A stretch of 63,238 nt of DNA from Clostridia bacterium DTU022. GTDB taxonomy: Bacteria; Bacillota; Dethiobacteria; DTU022. The stretch spans positions 1-63,238 of the forward strand of contig LFRQ01000013.1 of assembly GCA_001512835.1 (NCBI GenBank). The letters are read 5' to 3'. A program made the translations under genes and the position numbers. Of this stretch, positions 45,071 to 56,001 are shown one piece after another. The notes beneath the pieces were generated by a model, which was not told the origin of the DNA, did no database searches, and saw only the letters and a program-made list of their open reading frames with translations. Each line of letters opens with the position of its first letter. The first letter of the stretch is position 1.

Positions 45071-45706
45071 TTACATCTTGCGGAAAAGACCGACTACTTT
45101 GCCCAAAACTTGGACCTGCCGCACCAGGATCGGTTTATAAAGGCTGTTCTCCGGCTGAAGCCGGATCAGGTCGCCCTCCTTGAAAAAGCGCTTGACGGTG
45201 GCCTCGTCCTCCAGGAGCACGGCGGCAATTTCCCCGTTTTCCACGGCTTCCTGCCGGCGGATGATCACATAGTCCCGATCCAAAATGCCCGCTCCTTTCA
45301 TGCTGTCGCCGCTGACTCTCAATACAAAATAGTCGGCGCCCCGGGGGAATTCGGGAGGAAGTGGGAGGTAGCCCTGGTAGTTTTCTTCGGCCAAAACAGG
45401 CTTTCCGGCAGTAATTCGTCCCAGCAGGGGGGCAAAGTTGACGGGAGGCGCAGAAGAAGGAGCGGAAGACGACGCTTTTGAGGCGGGGGAAAAATCAACC
45501 AGGATTTCGATGGCCCTGGGCTTGGTGGGATCCCGGCGGATATAACCCTTTCGCTGCAGCGCCTCCAGGTGGGCGTGGGCCGTGGAGCTGGAACGAAAGC
45601 CCATTTCCCGGCAAATTTCCCGCACCGAGGGGGGATAGTTGCACCGCTCCACCTCTTTTTTTATAAACTCCAGCACCCGCTTCTGCTTTGCGGTAAGGTC
45701 TACCAT
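45071..45706 (-). CDS. lexA: LexA repressor
   Basis: N-terminal wHTH (LTAKQKRVLEFIKKEVERCNYPPSVREICREMGF), cleavage-site region, S24 peptidase motifs GDSM and a Lys region (ATVKRF). A Ser/Ala/Pro-rich linker insertion is present. Confidence 0.9.
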   Translation of the reverse strand: MVDLTAKQKRVLEFIKKEVERCNYPPSVREICREMGFRSSSTAHAHLEALQRKGYIRRDPTKPRAIEILVDFSPASKASSSAPSSAPPVNFAPLLGRITAGKPVLAEENYQGYLPLPPEFPRGADYFVLRVSGDSMKGAGILDRDYVIIRRQEAVENGEIAAVLLEDEATVKRFFKEGDLIRLQPENSLYKPILVRQVQVLGKVVGLFRKM

Positions 45707-45795
45707 ATTTACCACCTTGCAGCGCTTTATAACATTATACCACATCCGGTGCCCAGAACAATTAACTTTCTACATATCAGCGGGAAGTTCTCCGA

Positions 45796-45815
45796 ATATA
45801 TGTCATTACATATAT
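45796..45815. promoter_or_regulatory. 8-4-8 palindrome in the lexA divergent intergenic region
   Basis: ATATATGT-catt-ACATATAT. Confidence 0.4.
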
Positions 45816-46006
45816 CACGGGGAGGGTTCCTTTGATTTATTCCAGTATACAGCCATGTCGTATGAAAGCTGCCCGGTGGGCCAACGGCGAGCCAACTTTC
45901 TTTCCGGACAGTCCAGCTACTGCTGCCGCCACCCGTCGGGAGATCGTCGGCGGGCTTGAGCTTGGAACAACCGCAACCCCTGCTGTTGCCAGGGTGCCGC
46001 TGCAGT

Positions 46007-46071
46007 CGCCGGCGCTTCCCTGCCGGGAATCAAGAAGCCGCTGCTGACGCCGGCGCTTCCCTGCCGGGAAT
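46007..46071 (+). repeat. perfect 24-nt direct repeat (two copies, 41-nt offset), each a CCGGC...GCCGG hairpin
   Basis: CGCCGGCGCTTCCCTGCCGGGAAT at 46007-46030 and at 46048-46071. Confidence 0.9.
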
Positions 46072-46392
46072 AAAAGCGGATTTTTTTTAAATACTATAAA
46101 CACCATAAACGCCGGCAACAGGCTCGCTGGAGGCGGAAGGGGGGATTCCCTTGCCCGTTCCCTGGGGGCGCAAGCCCTTGTTCGAACCCCATATCGAGCA
46201 CTACCAGCACCTGGACGACCCCGAGGAGGATATTGAGGAAAGCTATCCGGCGGCAGAACTCGATGGGGAAAAGATAAGCCGGGAGCAGTTTCTAAACGGC
46301 GTAGAGAATCCTGTCCAGGAAGATTGCGGGGAAAGGGGAGAGGGAGGGAGGCGGCGGGAGGCCGCCCCCGGTCCCGAAGAATATTATAGATA

Positions 46393-46617
46393 GACGGTCT
46401 CCAGCCGGGGTTGGTTAAACAATCCCCGGCCGGAGTTTAATTCATGAGAATGTACCGTCTCAAGATTTGGTTAATTGGGGACCCGGCTGTGATTTAATAA
46501 ATAGCGGGCACCGATTCAAGACTAAGTTCAACGGAACCGAACAGGGCAATTAAATCGTACCGGGTCAAGACTTGGTTATATGCCCGGACCGGGTTTAGTT
46601 AAATGTAACCCGGCCGG
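46393..46617. repeat. array of about 5 degenerate 50-60 bp repeat units downstream of leuA
   Basis: Units start near 46393, 46452, 46508, 46557 and 46589 and share CCG..TCAAGAYTTGGTTAWW..CCCGG. The first and last fold as CCGGG(G)TT..GTTAAA..AA(C)CCCGG hairpins. Confidence 0.6.
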
Positions 46618-46618
46618 A

Positions 46619-48154
46619 TTAACCGTTGTTATAGTTATTATAACCGTTAATCTTGAGCAGCTTGTTTACGCCGTCCAGGTAAGCCTTGACGCTGGCCTCA
46701 ACGATGTCGGTACTGGTGCCGCGCCCCAGGATGGTCTTATTCTGATACGAGATCTTTACTGCAACCTCGCCCAAGGCGTCTCTACCCTTGGTTACCGCGT
46801 TCAACTGGTAGTTCTCCAGCTTTATGTTGAGGCCGACGATCTTGTTGATGGCATTGTAGGCGGCATCAATGGGACCGGAGCCTACAGCCACCTCCTGGAT
46901 AATGCTGTCGTCAGCGCACTTCAGCCGGATTACGGCGGAGGGGATGCTGCGGCTCCCACTCACCGTCTGCAGGTAATCCAGGCGGTACACGGGTTCCGCA
47001 GCAAAAATATGATCGAACACCAGGGCTTCCAGGTCTTCCGGGAAGATCTCCTTCTTCTTATCGGCCAGTTCCACGAAACGGTGGTAGAGGGATTCCAGCT
47101 GCTCTTCCGTAAGGGTATAGCCCAGCTGCTGGAGCTGGTTCTTGACGGCATGGCGACCCGAGCGGGCAGTAAGGAACATCTGGGCCGCCTTGCCGCCGAT
47201 TAGGTCGGCATCGATGATCTCGTAGGTGCGCTTGTCTTTCAGGACACCGTCCTGGTGAATGCCGGAAGAATGGGCAAAGGCATTAATCCCCACCACCGCC
47301 TTGTTCACGGGGATGCGGATCCCCGTAAGCTTGCTGACCAGGCGGCTGGTGCGGTAGATCTCGCCGAAGTTTATGTCCGTATGGTAAGGATAGTGGTCCT
47401 GCCGGATCCTCAAGGCCACGACGATCTCTTCCAGGGCCGCGTTCCCGGCCCTCTCGCCGATGCCGTTAATATTGCACTCCACCTGGCGGGCGCCGTTCTC
47501 GATGGCGGCCAGGGAATTGGCCACCGCCAGGCCCAGGTCATTGTGGCAGTGGACGCTGAAAATCACCTTCTCGGCCCCGGGCACCTTCTCCCGCAGCCTC
47601 CTGATCAAGGCCCCGAATTCCTCGGGGACGGCATAGCCCACCGTATCCGGTATATTGATTACCGTCGCCCCGGCCTTGATGGCCCCTTCGATCACCCGGC
47701 AGAGGTACTCCTCCCGGGCCCTGGTGGCATCCTCCGGCGAGTACTCCACGTCGTCGGCAAAGCGGCGGGCATACTTTACCGCTTCCACCGCCTGCTCCAG
47801 GAGAAGCTCCGGATCCTTTCTTAGCTTGTATTTCATGTGGATATCCGAGGCTCCCAGGAAAACATGGAGCCGCGGGCGTTCCGCCTCCTTGATCGCTTCC
47901 CAGGCGGCATCGATATCCCCCTTCACCGCCCGGGCCAGGGCACAGATCACCGGCCCTTTGACCTGGCGGGCAATCTCCTGGACCGCTTTCAATTCGCCGG
48001 GAGAAGAAATGGGGAAACCGGCTTCGATTATATCTACACCCAGGCGGGCCAGCTGCCGGGCAAGCTCCAGCTTTTCCTCCCGGTTTAGCCTGGCTCCGGG
48101 AGTCTGCTCCCCGTCCCTTAAGGTGCTGTCGAAGATAAAAATTTTTTCTGACAT
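46619..48154 (-). CDS. leuA: 2-isopropylmalate synthase (long form with LeuA regulatory domain)
   Basis: 511 aa. DSTLRDGEQTPG, HCHNDLGLAVANSLAA, and a C-terminal LeuA dimer/allosteric domain. Confidence 0.95.
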   Translation of the reverse strand: MSEKIFIFDSTLRDGEQTPGARLNREEKLELARQLARLGVDIIEAGFPISSPGELKAVQEIARQVKGPVICALARAVKGDIDAAWEAIKEAERPRLHVFLGASDIHMKYKLRKDPELLLEQAVEAVKYARRFADDVEYSPEDATRAREEYLCRVIEGAIKAGATVINIPDTVGYAVPEEFGALIRRLREKVPGAEKVIFSVHCHNDLGLAVANSLAAIENGARQVECNINGIGERAGNAALEEIVVALRIRQDHYPYHTDINFGEIYRTSRLVSKLTGIRIPVNKAVVGINAFAHSSGIHQDGVLKDKRTYEIIDADLIGGKAAQMFLTARSGRHAVKNQLQQLGYTLTEEQLESLYHRFVELADKKKEIFPEDLEALVFDHIFAAEPVYRLDYLQTVSGSRSIPSAVIRLKCADDSIIQEVAVGSGPIDAAYNAINKIVGLNIKLENYQLNAVTKGRDALGEVAVKISYQNKTILGRGTSTDIVEASVKAYLDGVNKLLKINGYNNYNNG

Positions 48155-48200
48155 GCTGCTGCCTCCTTACGCTTTGATTTGGAGTGGGGGAGAGGCATTA

Positions 48201-48460
48201 AAAAAACCTTTCGTCAAGAGACGAAAGGCTAGCCTTTCCGCGGTACCACTCTTTTTGGCGGCAAAACTACTACCGCCCACTCTTTTTAATAACGGAAGCC
48301 CCCGGCCCGGCCTACTCTTGCCCGAAGCAATTTCGGCGGGCAGCTCCCGGAGGAGTTCACCTGGCCAAAACTACCGCCTTGCACCCGAACGGCGGCTCTC
48401 TGGGAGTTTTGCACCCGGCTACTGGTTCCGGTCATCGCTGGTCTATTAAATTTTAATAAC
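48201..48460 (-). promoter_or_regulatory. T-box leader (probably Leu-specific) with promoter and terminator, controlling leuA
   Basis: On the minus strand: promoter TTGACA (48487-48492), 17 nt, TATATT (48464-48469). Stem I motifs AGAGAG and GGGTGCAA. A CUC codon sits in GUGAACUCCUCC. T-box core GAGTGGTACCGCGG (48238-48251). Terminator CCTTTCGT-ctctt-GACGAAAGG plus T7 (48201-48229). Confidence 0.8.
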
Positions 48461-48735
48461 CCTAATATATATAAAAATTAAAGGGGTGTCAATATCTACC
48501 GGCACTCATGTTATCGGCCTGGGATACTGTCACCCTGCAAGCATCAGCCAACGCTCCCGCAATCAATGAAATTGCGTTTATCGGCAACGTCAAAGATGAG
48601 CCAAGCCACCGTCCCCCGGGCTCACGGCTTATTTCAATGATGAGCCAAAGCCACCCTCCCCCGGCCCGCCCCGATTTAGTCTTTTCCTGAAAAACGAAGG
48701 GGAGGCAGGATTTTGCACCCCGCTATGGGAATTAA

Positions 48736-52023
<3,288 letters not shown>

Positions 52024-52297
52024 ATAAGCGAGCTCGCCGGGAAGCCGCAGCCACACTTGTTTTTTGCCGGAGAAGCCGGGCCGGAGGCCTGGCGGCGGGC
52101 AGTTCTCCGTTTTTCCGTTGGAGTTATGATGCGGCGGCGTGAAAAGCCGTATCGCGGCTTTTTCAATAAAAAAACGGAGCAAAATGGAGCAAGATGGTGA
52201 TAGCAGCGGGATGCGGCTCTTGACGGGCAAATGAAAAATGTAGGCGCAAGCAGCGGCTGGCGGGGTAAAGACAATAATCAAGCGGGGAGGAATAACG

Positions 52298-52633
52298 ATG
52301 ACTAGTTTGTTGGAAAAAGCGAGAGAGCTGGGCCAGGCCATAAAGGAATCGGCGGAATTTCAGGAGCTGAAAAGGACTACCGACAACCTCCAGCAGAATC
52401 CGGAAGCTGTAGAAATGATTCGCCATATGCAGGAGATCAGGGATCAGATCGATTTTGTCCGAGCCAGCGGCCTGGAGCCCAGCCGGGAACAGATCGATCG
52501 CTTCAATGACCTCTCGGAAAAGGTAAGAAACAATCTCCTGGTTATCTCTTTCATGAAGGCTCAGGAAAATTTTGGCAAGTTCATGGAAAGGGTCAATAAC
52601 GCCATCAGTCAGGGGATTGAAGGGGCGGATTAA
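52298..52633 (+). CDS. YlbF/YmcA-family (UPF0342) regulatory protein
   Basis: 111 aa helical protein. LGQAIKESAEFQELKR...NPEAVEMI... matches the YlbF pattern. GGGGAGG RBS. Confidence 0.7.
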   Translation: MTSLLEKARELGQAIKESAEFQELKRTTDNLQQNPEAVEMIRHMQEIRDQIDFVRASGLEPSREQIDRFNDLSEKVRNNLLVISFMKAQENFGKFMERVNNAISQGIEGAD

Positions 52634-53126
52634 ACCAGCATCTTAATTGCTGAAAGCGGCCCGGTGCGGCTTAAGCTGCATGGGGTTAAATTAAAGCTGC
52701 CTCTAGTGAATAACTTAAGCGTTACAATACAGCGGCACAATGCCCTTGCTTAAAGCGTCACAGGGCCACTGCCCGGCAGAAGAGGGATGCCTGCTGAAAG
52801 CCGGGCCCGCTTAAGGCGGCACCGTTTTGCTTGCCAAAAAAGTGGCATACGGTGCCGGCTTATTAGGACGGATTAAAATGGCCCAGAGCGCCTGGCGCAG
52901 TTCCTTCCGGGCGGCGGAGTAATTTTTTCTTCAGCAGCCCGGAAGGAAATTTATTTAATGCATCACCTGAGGGAAGCATTTTAGTTTTAAATTAAAGAGT
53001 GGAGCAGGCGCTTTCCCGAACGGGGGACCAAAAGCTTTCGTCAAAACTTTCGCTGCCGGGGCCTTCAAAGGCCTGTTTTCGGGCCCGGATCTATCTTCCG
53101 ATAATATATCTTATGTTAACTAAGGG

Positions 53127-53315
53127 TTATTTTTCTCCCGGGAGGCGCCAGCGCCTGATGGGATGCCCCGCTTCCTTGAGTCTCCTGAGAATGGTGTCAT
53201 GGCTTACCCCCACCATCTCCTCTATTTTGCTGGTGGAGTAGCCGGCGCGGTACAGCTCGATTACCTTTTGCAGGTCCACCTTTTTTCGCGGTCTGGCCAA
53301 GTCGCTCACCCCCAA
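53127..53315 (-). CDS. stand-alone resolvase/invertase-type HTH protein (possible recombinase remnant)
   Basis: 62 aa. ARPRKKVDLQKVIELYRAGYSTSKIEEMVGVSHDTILRRLKEAG resembles the C-terminal HTH_7 domain of serine recombinases. TTG start. No catalytic domain is found upstream. Confidence 0.45.
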   Translation of the reverse strand: MGVSDLARPRKKVDLQKVIELYRAGYSTSKIEEMVGVSHDTILRRLKEAGHPIRRWRLPGEK

Positions 53316-53510
53316 GCCAGTTTTAGATATAAAACTTATTTCCTTTATTGCTTCTGCCCGTTATCTCCGGATGCAGCAACGATTATCTTCTTTTCCGGGC
53401 CCGCCGGCTTTTGCCGTCCCAAGCTTGTTTGTTCTGCTGGCCCAAACCGGGAAAACCTGTCAAGCCAAAGCCCTGCCCGGAAGCACCCCCCCCAAAAAAC
53501 AGCTTCTATT

Positions 53511-53775
53511 TTGCCCTACAAGGCCCTTTTATTTTGCAAGACGACTAATTGGTCTCGCAAAAAGATAAAACCCCTTAAAAAGGCCGTTTTTCAGCAAGCA
53601 GGCAGATGTGCCCTTCAGACCTCAAACATTACCCGAATCATTGCCTGCCCGGCCCCTTGTCCGGAGGCCAAATATTTAGCGGGCGCAAAATTGCCCTACA
53701 AAGGCCCTTTAATGGGCAAGACGACTAATCGGTCCTGCCAATCGCTATTATGCCTTAAAAACCCATTCTCATCAG
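53511..53775 (+). repeat. about 85-nt direct repeat, two copies 180 bp apart
   Basis: TTGCCCTACAAGGCCCTTTTATTTTGCAAGACGACTAATTGGTC...CCTTAAAAA (53511-) versus TTGCCCTACAAAGGCCCTTTAATGGGCAAGACGACTAATCGGTC...CCTTAAAAA (53691-). Confidence 0.8.
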
Positions 53776-54319
53776 CGGCATTAATCATTTCTATGTGCTT
53801 GCCGCCGGCCTTCCAACGCGCTTGAAAAAATCTTTTTTTAAATCAATTTGCAGCCGACAGTTTAATCCTCGAGCAGAAAACGGGATTTAAAACCGGCTTA
53901 AGCTCCGACATTTGGATTGTATCTTTTTAAGCTCCGATATTTGGTTTGTACCTTTTTGCTCAAATCTTATGAGCCAAGGCCATCCGCCGGTCACAGTGCC
54001 GTTCCGCAACAACTCTTCATAACAGTTTATCCAAAAATATCTCCAATAAGCAGCAACGGTTTCGTCAAACTGACCACGTTTCGCCGGCCCGGCAGCGTTT
54101 TGTGCGGCCAAGCCGGCCATATTTTCCGCCTTTCCCAAAACATTTGCTGCGGTCTTAGCGCATTACCGCGCCGCCCGCCCCTATTGCTTACACGGCAAAA
54201 GGGGATATAGTCCTCCGGGAGAGGTGGCCTTATGGATATTATGCGATATTAACGCAAAATTTGTCAAGAGTTATTGCCGATTCAATTAATGCCATTTATT
54301 TACATTTTGCCAAAACTCC

Positions 54320-54586
54320 TTAAAATTTTAACTTTTTGGACCGGGCAAAGGTGTTCTTGGTTCCGGAAAAAAGTCCAATGGAAGAGAGCCCCAGCACTAC
54401 GCCCAGGAGCAGCCCTCTTTTTATATCTCCCGGAGACAAGTAGTACACGGCAAAAAAAATACCCAGCACCAGGGATACCAGGGGGATAAATCTGCTGGGC
54501 AGGCCGGCCCTTTTCAACAGTTCGGAAAGCCCCACAATGACCGGAACGAGGGCAACCCCGTAAACGTTTAACTGTTCCACGGCCAT
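54320..54586 (-). CDS. phage-type holin (Phage_holin_4_1 / phi LC3-like)
   Basis: 88 aa. CAGGAGGG RBS. Two to three TM segments with LVPVIVGLSELLKRAGLPSRFIPLVSLVLGIFFAV...GVVLGLSSIGLFSGTKN and a basic C-terminal tail. Confidence 0.6.
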   Translation of the reverse strand: MAVEQLNVYGVALVPVIVGLSELLKRAGLPSRFIPLVSLVLGIFFAVYYLSPGDIKRGLLLGVVLGLSSIGLFSGTKNTFARSKKLKF

Positions 54587-54760
54587 CCCTCCTGTTTTTT
54601 TATATTTATTTATGTGTTCAGCGCCATTATTAGAACCGGCGGCCGCGCCGCACCCCATCAACTTTTAACTTTTGGCCGGAAACAAGCGGGTTCCCCTATG
54701 GAACCTGACTTGTTCCCTTCACCCCCTCTTATTGCAACCTACCAGGCTTTTTTTCAAGGG

Positions 54761-54871
54761 CTATGCTGCTATAATTTAGGCGAATGATTGCGGGATGGTG
54801 TAGTGGTAGCACGTATGACTCTGGATCATGAGACCCAAGGCAAGGAATATATTATCTTTTGAAAGAAGCCG
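54761..54871 (+). pseudogene. truncated, circularly permuted copy of the tRNA-Gln locus (-10 region plus tRNA nt 1 to about 50, then the -35 block)
   Basis: 54761-54838 matches the reverse complement of 57444-57521 with 1 mismatch. 54842-54871 matches the reverse complement of 57523-57552 (1 mismatch). That second block lies upstream of the first at the intact locus but downstream of it here. Confidence 0.85.
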
Positions 54872-54995
54872 ACCCCGGCGGGATCCGTCATTGCCTCTCC
54901 TCCTTCCCGGCTCCGCCCCCCGCCGGCGCAAACTTCTCCGCCCCGCCCCACTCTGTCAACTTCCATAAAATGCCTGCCTGCCCGGGGAAAAGCGG

Positions 54996-55889
54996 CTAGT
55001 CCTTTCCCATCTCCACAATCCGCCGGGGGTAGGCAATCTCGATCCCCGCCTCCCGGTGCCGCTCCAGGATTAAGCGGCGCAGTTCCCGCTGAATAAACCA
55101 GAAAGACTGGTCCTTAACCAGGCCGATAATGGTGTACTTGGCCCCGGGGGCGTTCTTGTCTTCGATGTCCACCAAGCCATAGAGGTGGGGCGGCTCCACC
55201 AGATTTCCCTGGTCATCGGCAATAAAATGGCTGCCGTAGTTTTCCACCAGCTCCCGGCAAATCGCCTCCGCCACCCGGGATGCCGTCTCGTAGCTGACGT
55301 CATAGGCCAGGTAATAGGAGATAATGGCCCGCATTTTCTGACGGTTGTAATTGCGCACCGTGCGGATTTCGGAATTGGAAATAAAATTGAGGTGTCCTCC
55401 CCACTCCCTAATCTTGGTCATTCGCAAGCCGATCTCTTCCACGGTCCCCTTGATGCCCTGGTTTATCTCCACGAAATCCCCCACGTGGTACTGCTCTTCA
55501 AAAATGATGAAAAAGCCGGTAATGATGTCTTTAACCAGGCTCTGCGCCCCAAAGCCGATGGCCAGCCCGGCAATCCCGGCACCGGCAAACAGCGGTGCCA
55601 CGGGGACCCCTAGAATAGACAAAACCATCAGCATGGCTAGGAAATAGATGGCGTACCGGAAAACACTGTACATCAATATGGAGAGGGTTTTCTCCTTTTT
55701 AATATCCAGGTGGGCCAGGGGAAAGATCCGGTCCAGCATCAGCTTCAACAAGCGCAGGGCGCTCTGGGTCAAAATAATAACCATCAAAATGTAGAGCAAG
55801 CTTTTTATCGCAGCCAGCAGCTGCGGCTCCCAGTCGATCCGGGCCAGGGGCTGCAGCATCCAGGGGGGCAGGTTCAGCCATTCGAGCAT
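54996..55889 (-). CDS. MscS-family mechanosensitive channel
   Basis: N-terminal TM helices followed by the MscS beta-domain (GAQSLVKDIITGFFIIFEEQYHVGDFVEI...GTVEEIGLRMTKIR). ATG 55889 lies 8 nt after GGAGAG. Confidence 0.85.
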   Translation of the reverse strand: MLEWLNLPPWMLQPLARIDWEPQLLAAIKSLLYILMVIILTQSALRLLKLMLDRIFPLAHLDIKKEKTLSILMYSVFRYAIYFLAMLMVLSILGVPVAPLFAGAGIAGLAIGFGAQSLVKDIITGFFIIFEEQYHVGDFVEINQGIKGTVEEIGLRMTKIREWGGHLNFISNSEIRTVRNYNRQKMRAIISYYLAYDVSYETASRVAEAICRELVENYGSHFIADDQGNLVEPPHLYGLVDIEDKNAPGAKYTIIGLVKDQSFWFIQRELRRLILERHREAGIEIAYPRRIVEMGKD

Positions 55890-56001
55890 CGGAATATCTC
55901 TCCGCAATACCGGCTTTGGGATCTAAATGCAGGAAAATCGACACCAGTGTTAAATATATTATTACTAATAACCATAAAAGCTATAAAAGGACATAACCAG
56001 G

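Noticed and set aside
45707-45830. Canonical Firmicute SOS (Cheo) box CGAAC-N4-GTTCG near lexA, and also near the SRAP gene at 20025-20085.
   Set aside because: Only partial half-sites were found by eye (AGAACAATTAACTTTCT and CCGAATATATGTCAT), and none has both arms. A matrix scan is needed before any SOS regulation can be claimed.
46151-46393. 80-aa acidic ORF (TTG start after GGAAGGGGGG) between the lexA region and the leuA repeats.
   Set aside because: The RBS is plausible, but the sequence is low-complexity (Glu/Gly/Pro/Arg-rich tail) and has no motif. It is not reported as a feature. It would need conservation or proteomic support.
46393-46617. CRISPR array interpretation of the repeat clusters at 46393-46617, 35648-35885 and 53511-53775.
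   Set aside because: The repeats are degenerate, few, and lack the regular pattern of identical repeat plus unique spacer. No cas genes are present in the window.
53163-53825. 220-aa plus-strand ORF, plus the ORFs 53887-54138 (minus) and 53917-54210 (plus), in the gene-poor block.
   Set aside because: The 220-aa ORF overlaps the better-supported HTH gene on the opposite strand and merely translates the 85-nt direct repeats. The others start with TTG, have no RBS and have no recognisable domain. They could be pseudogene fragments, but that cannot be shown without a database search.
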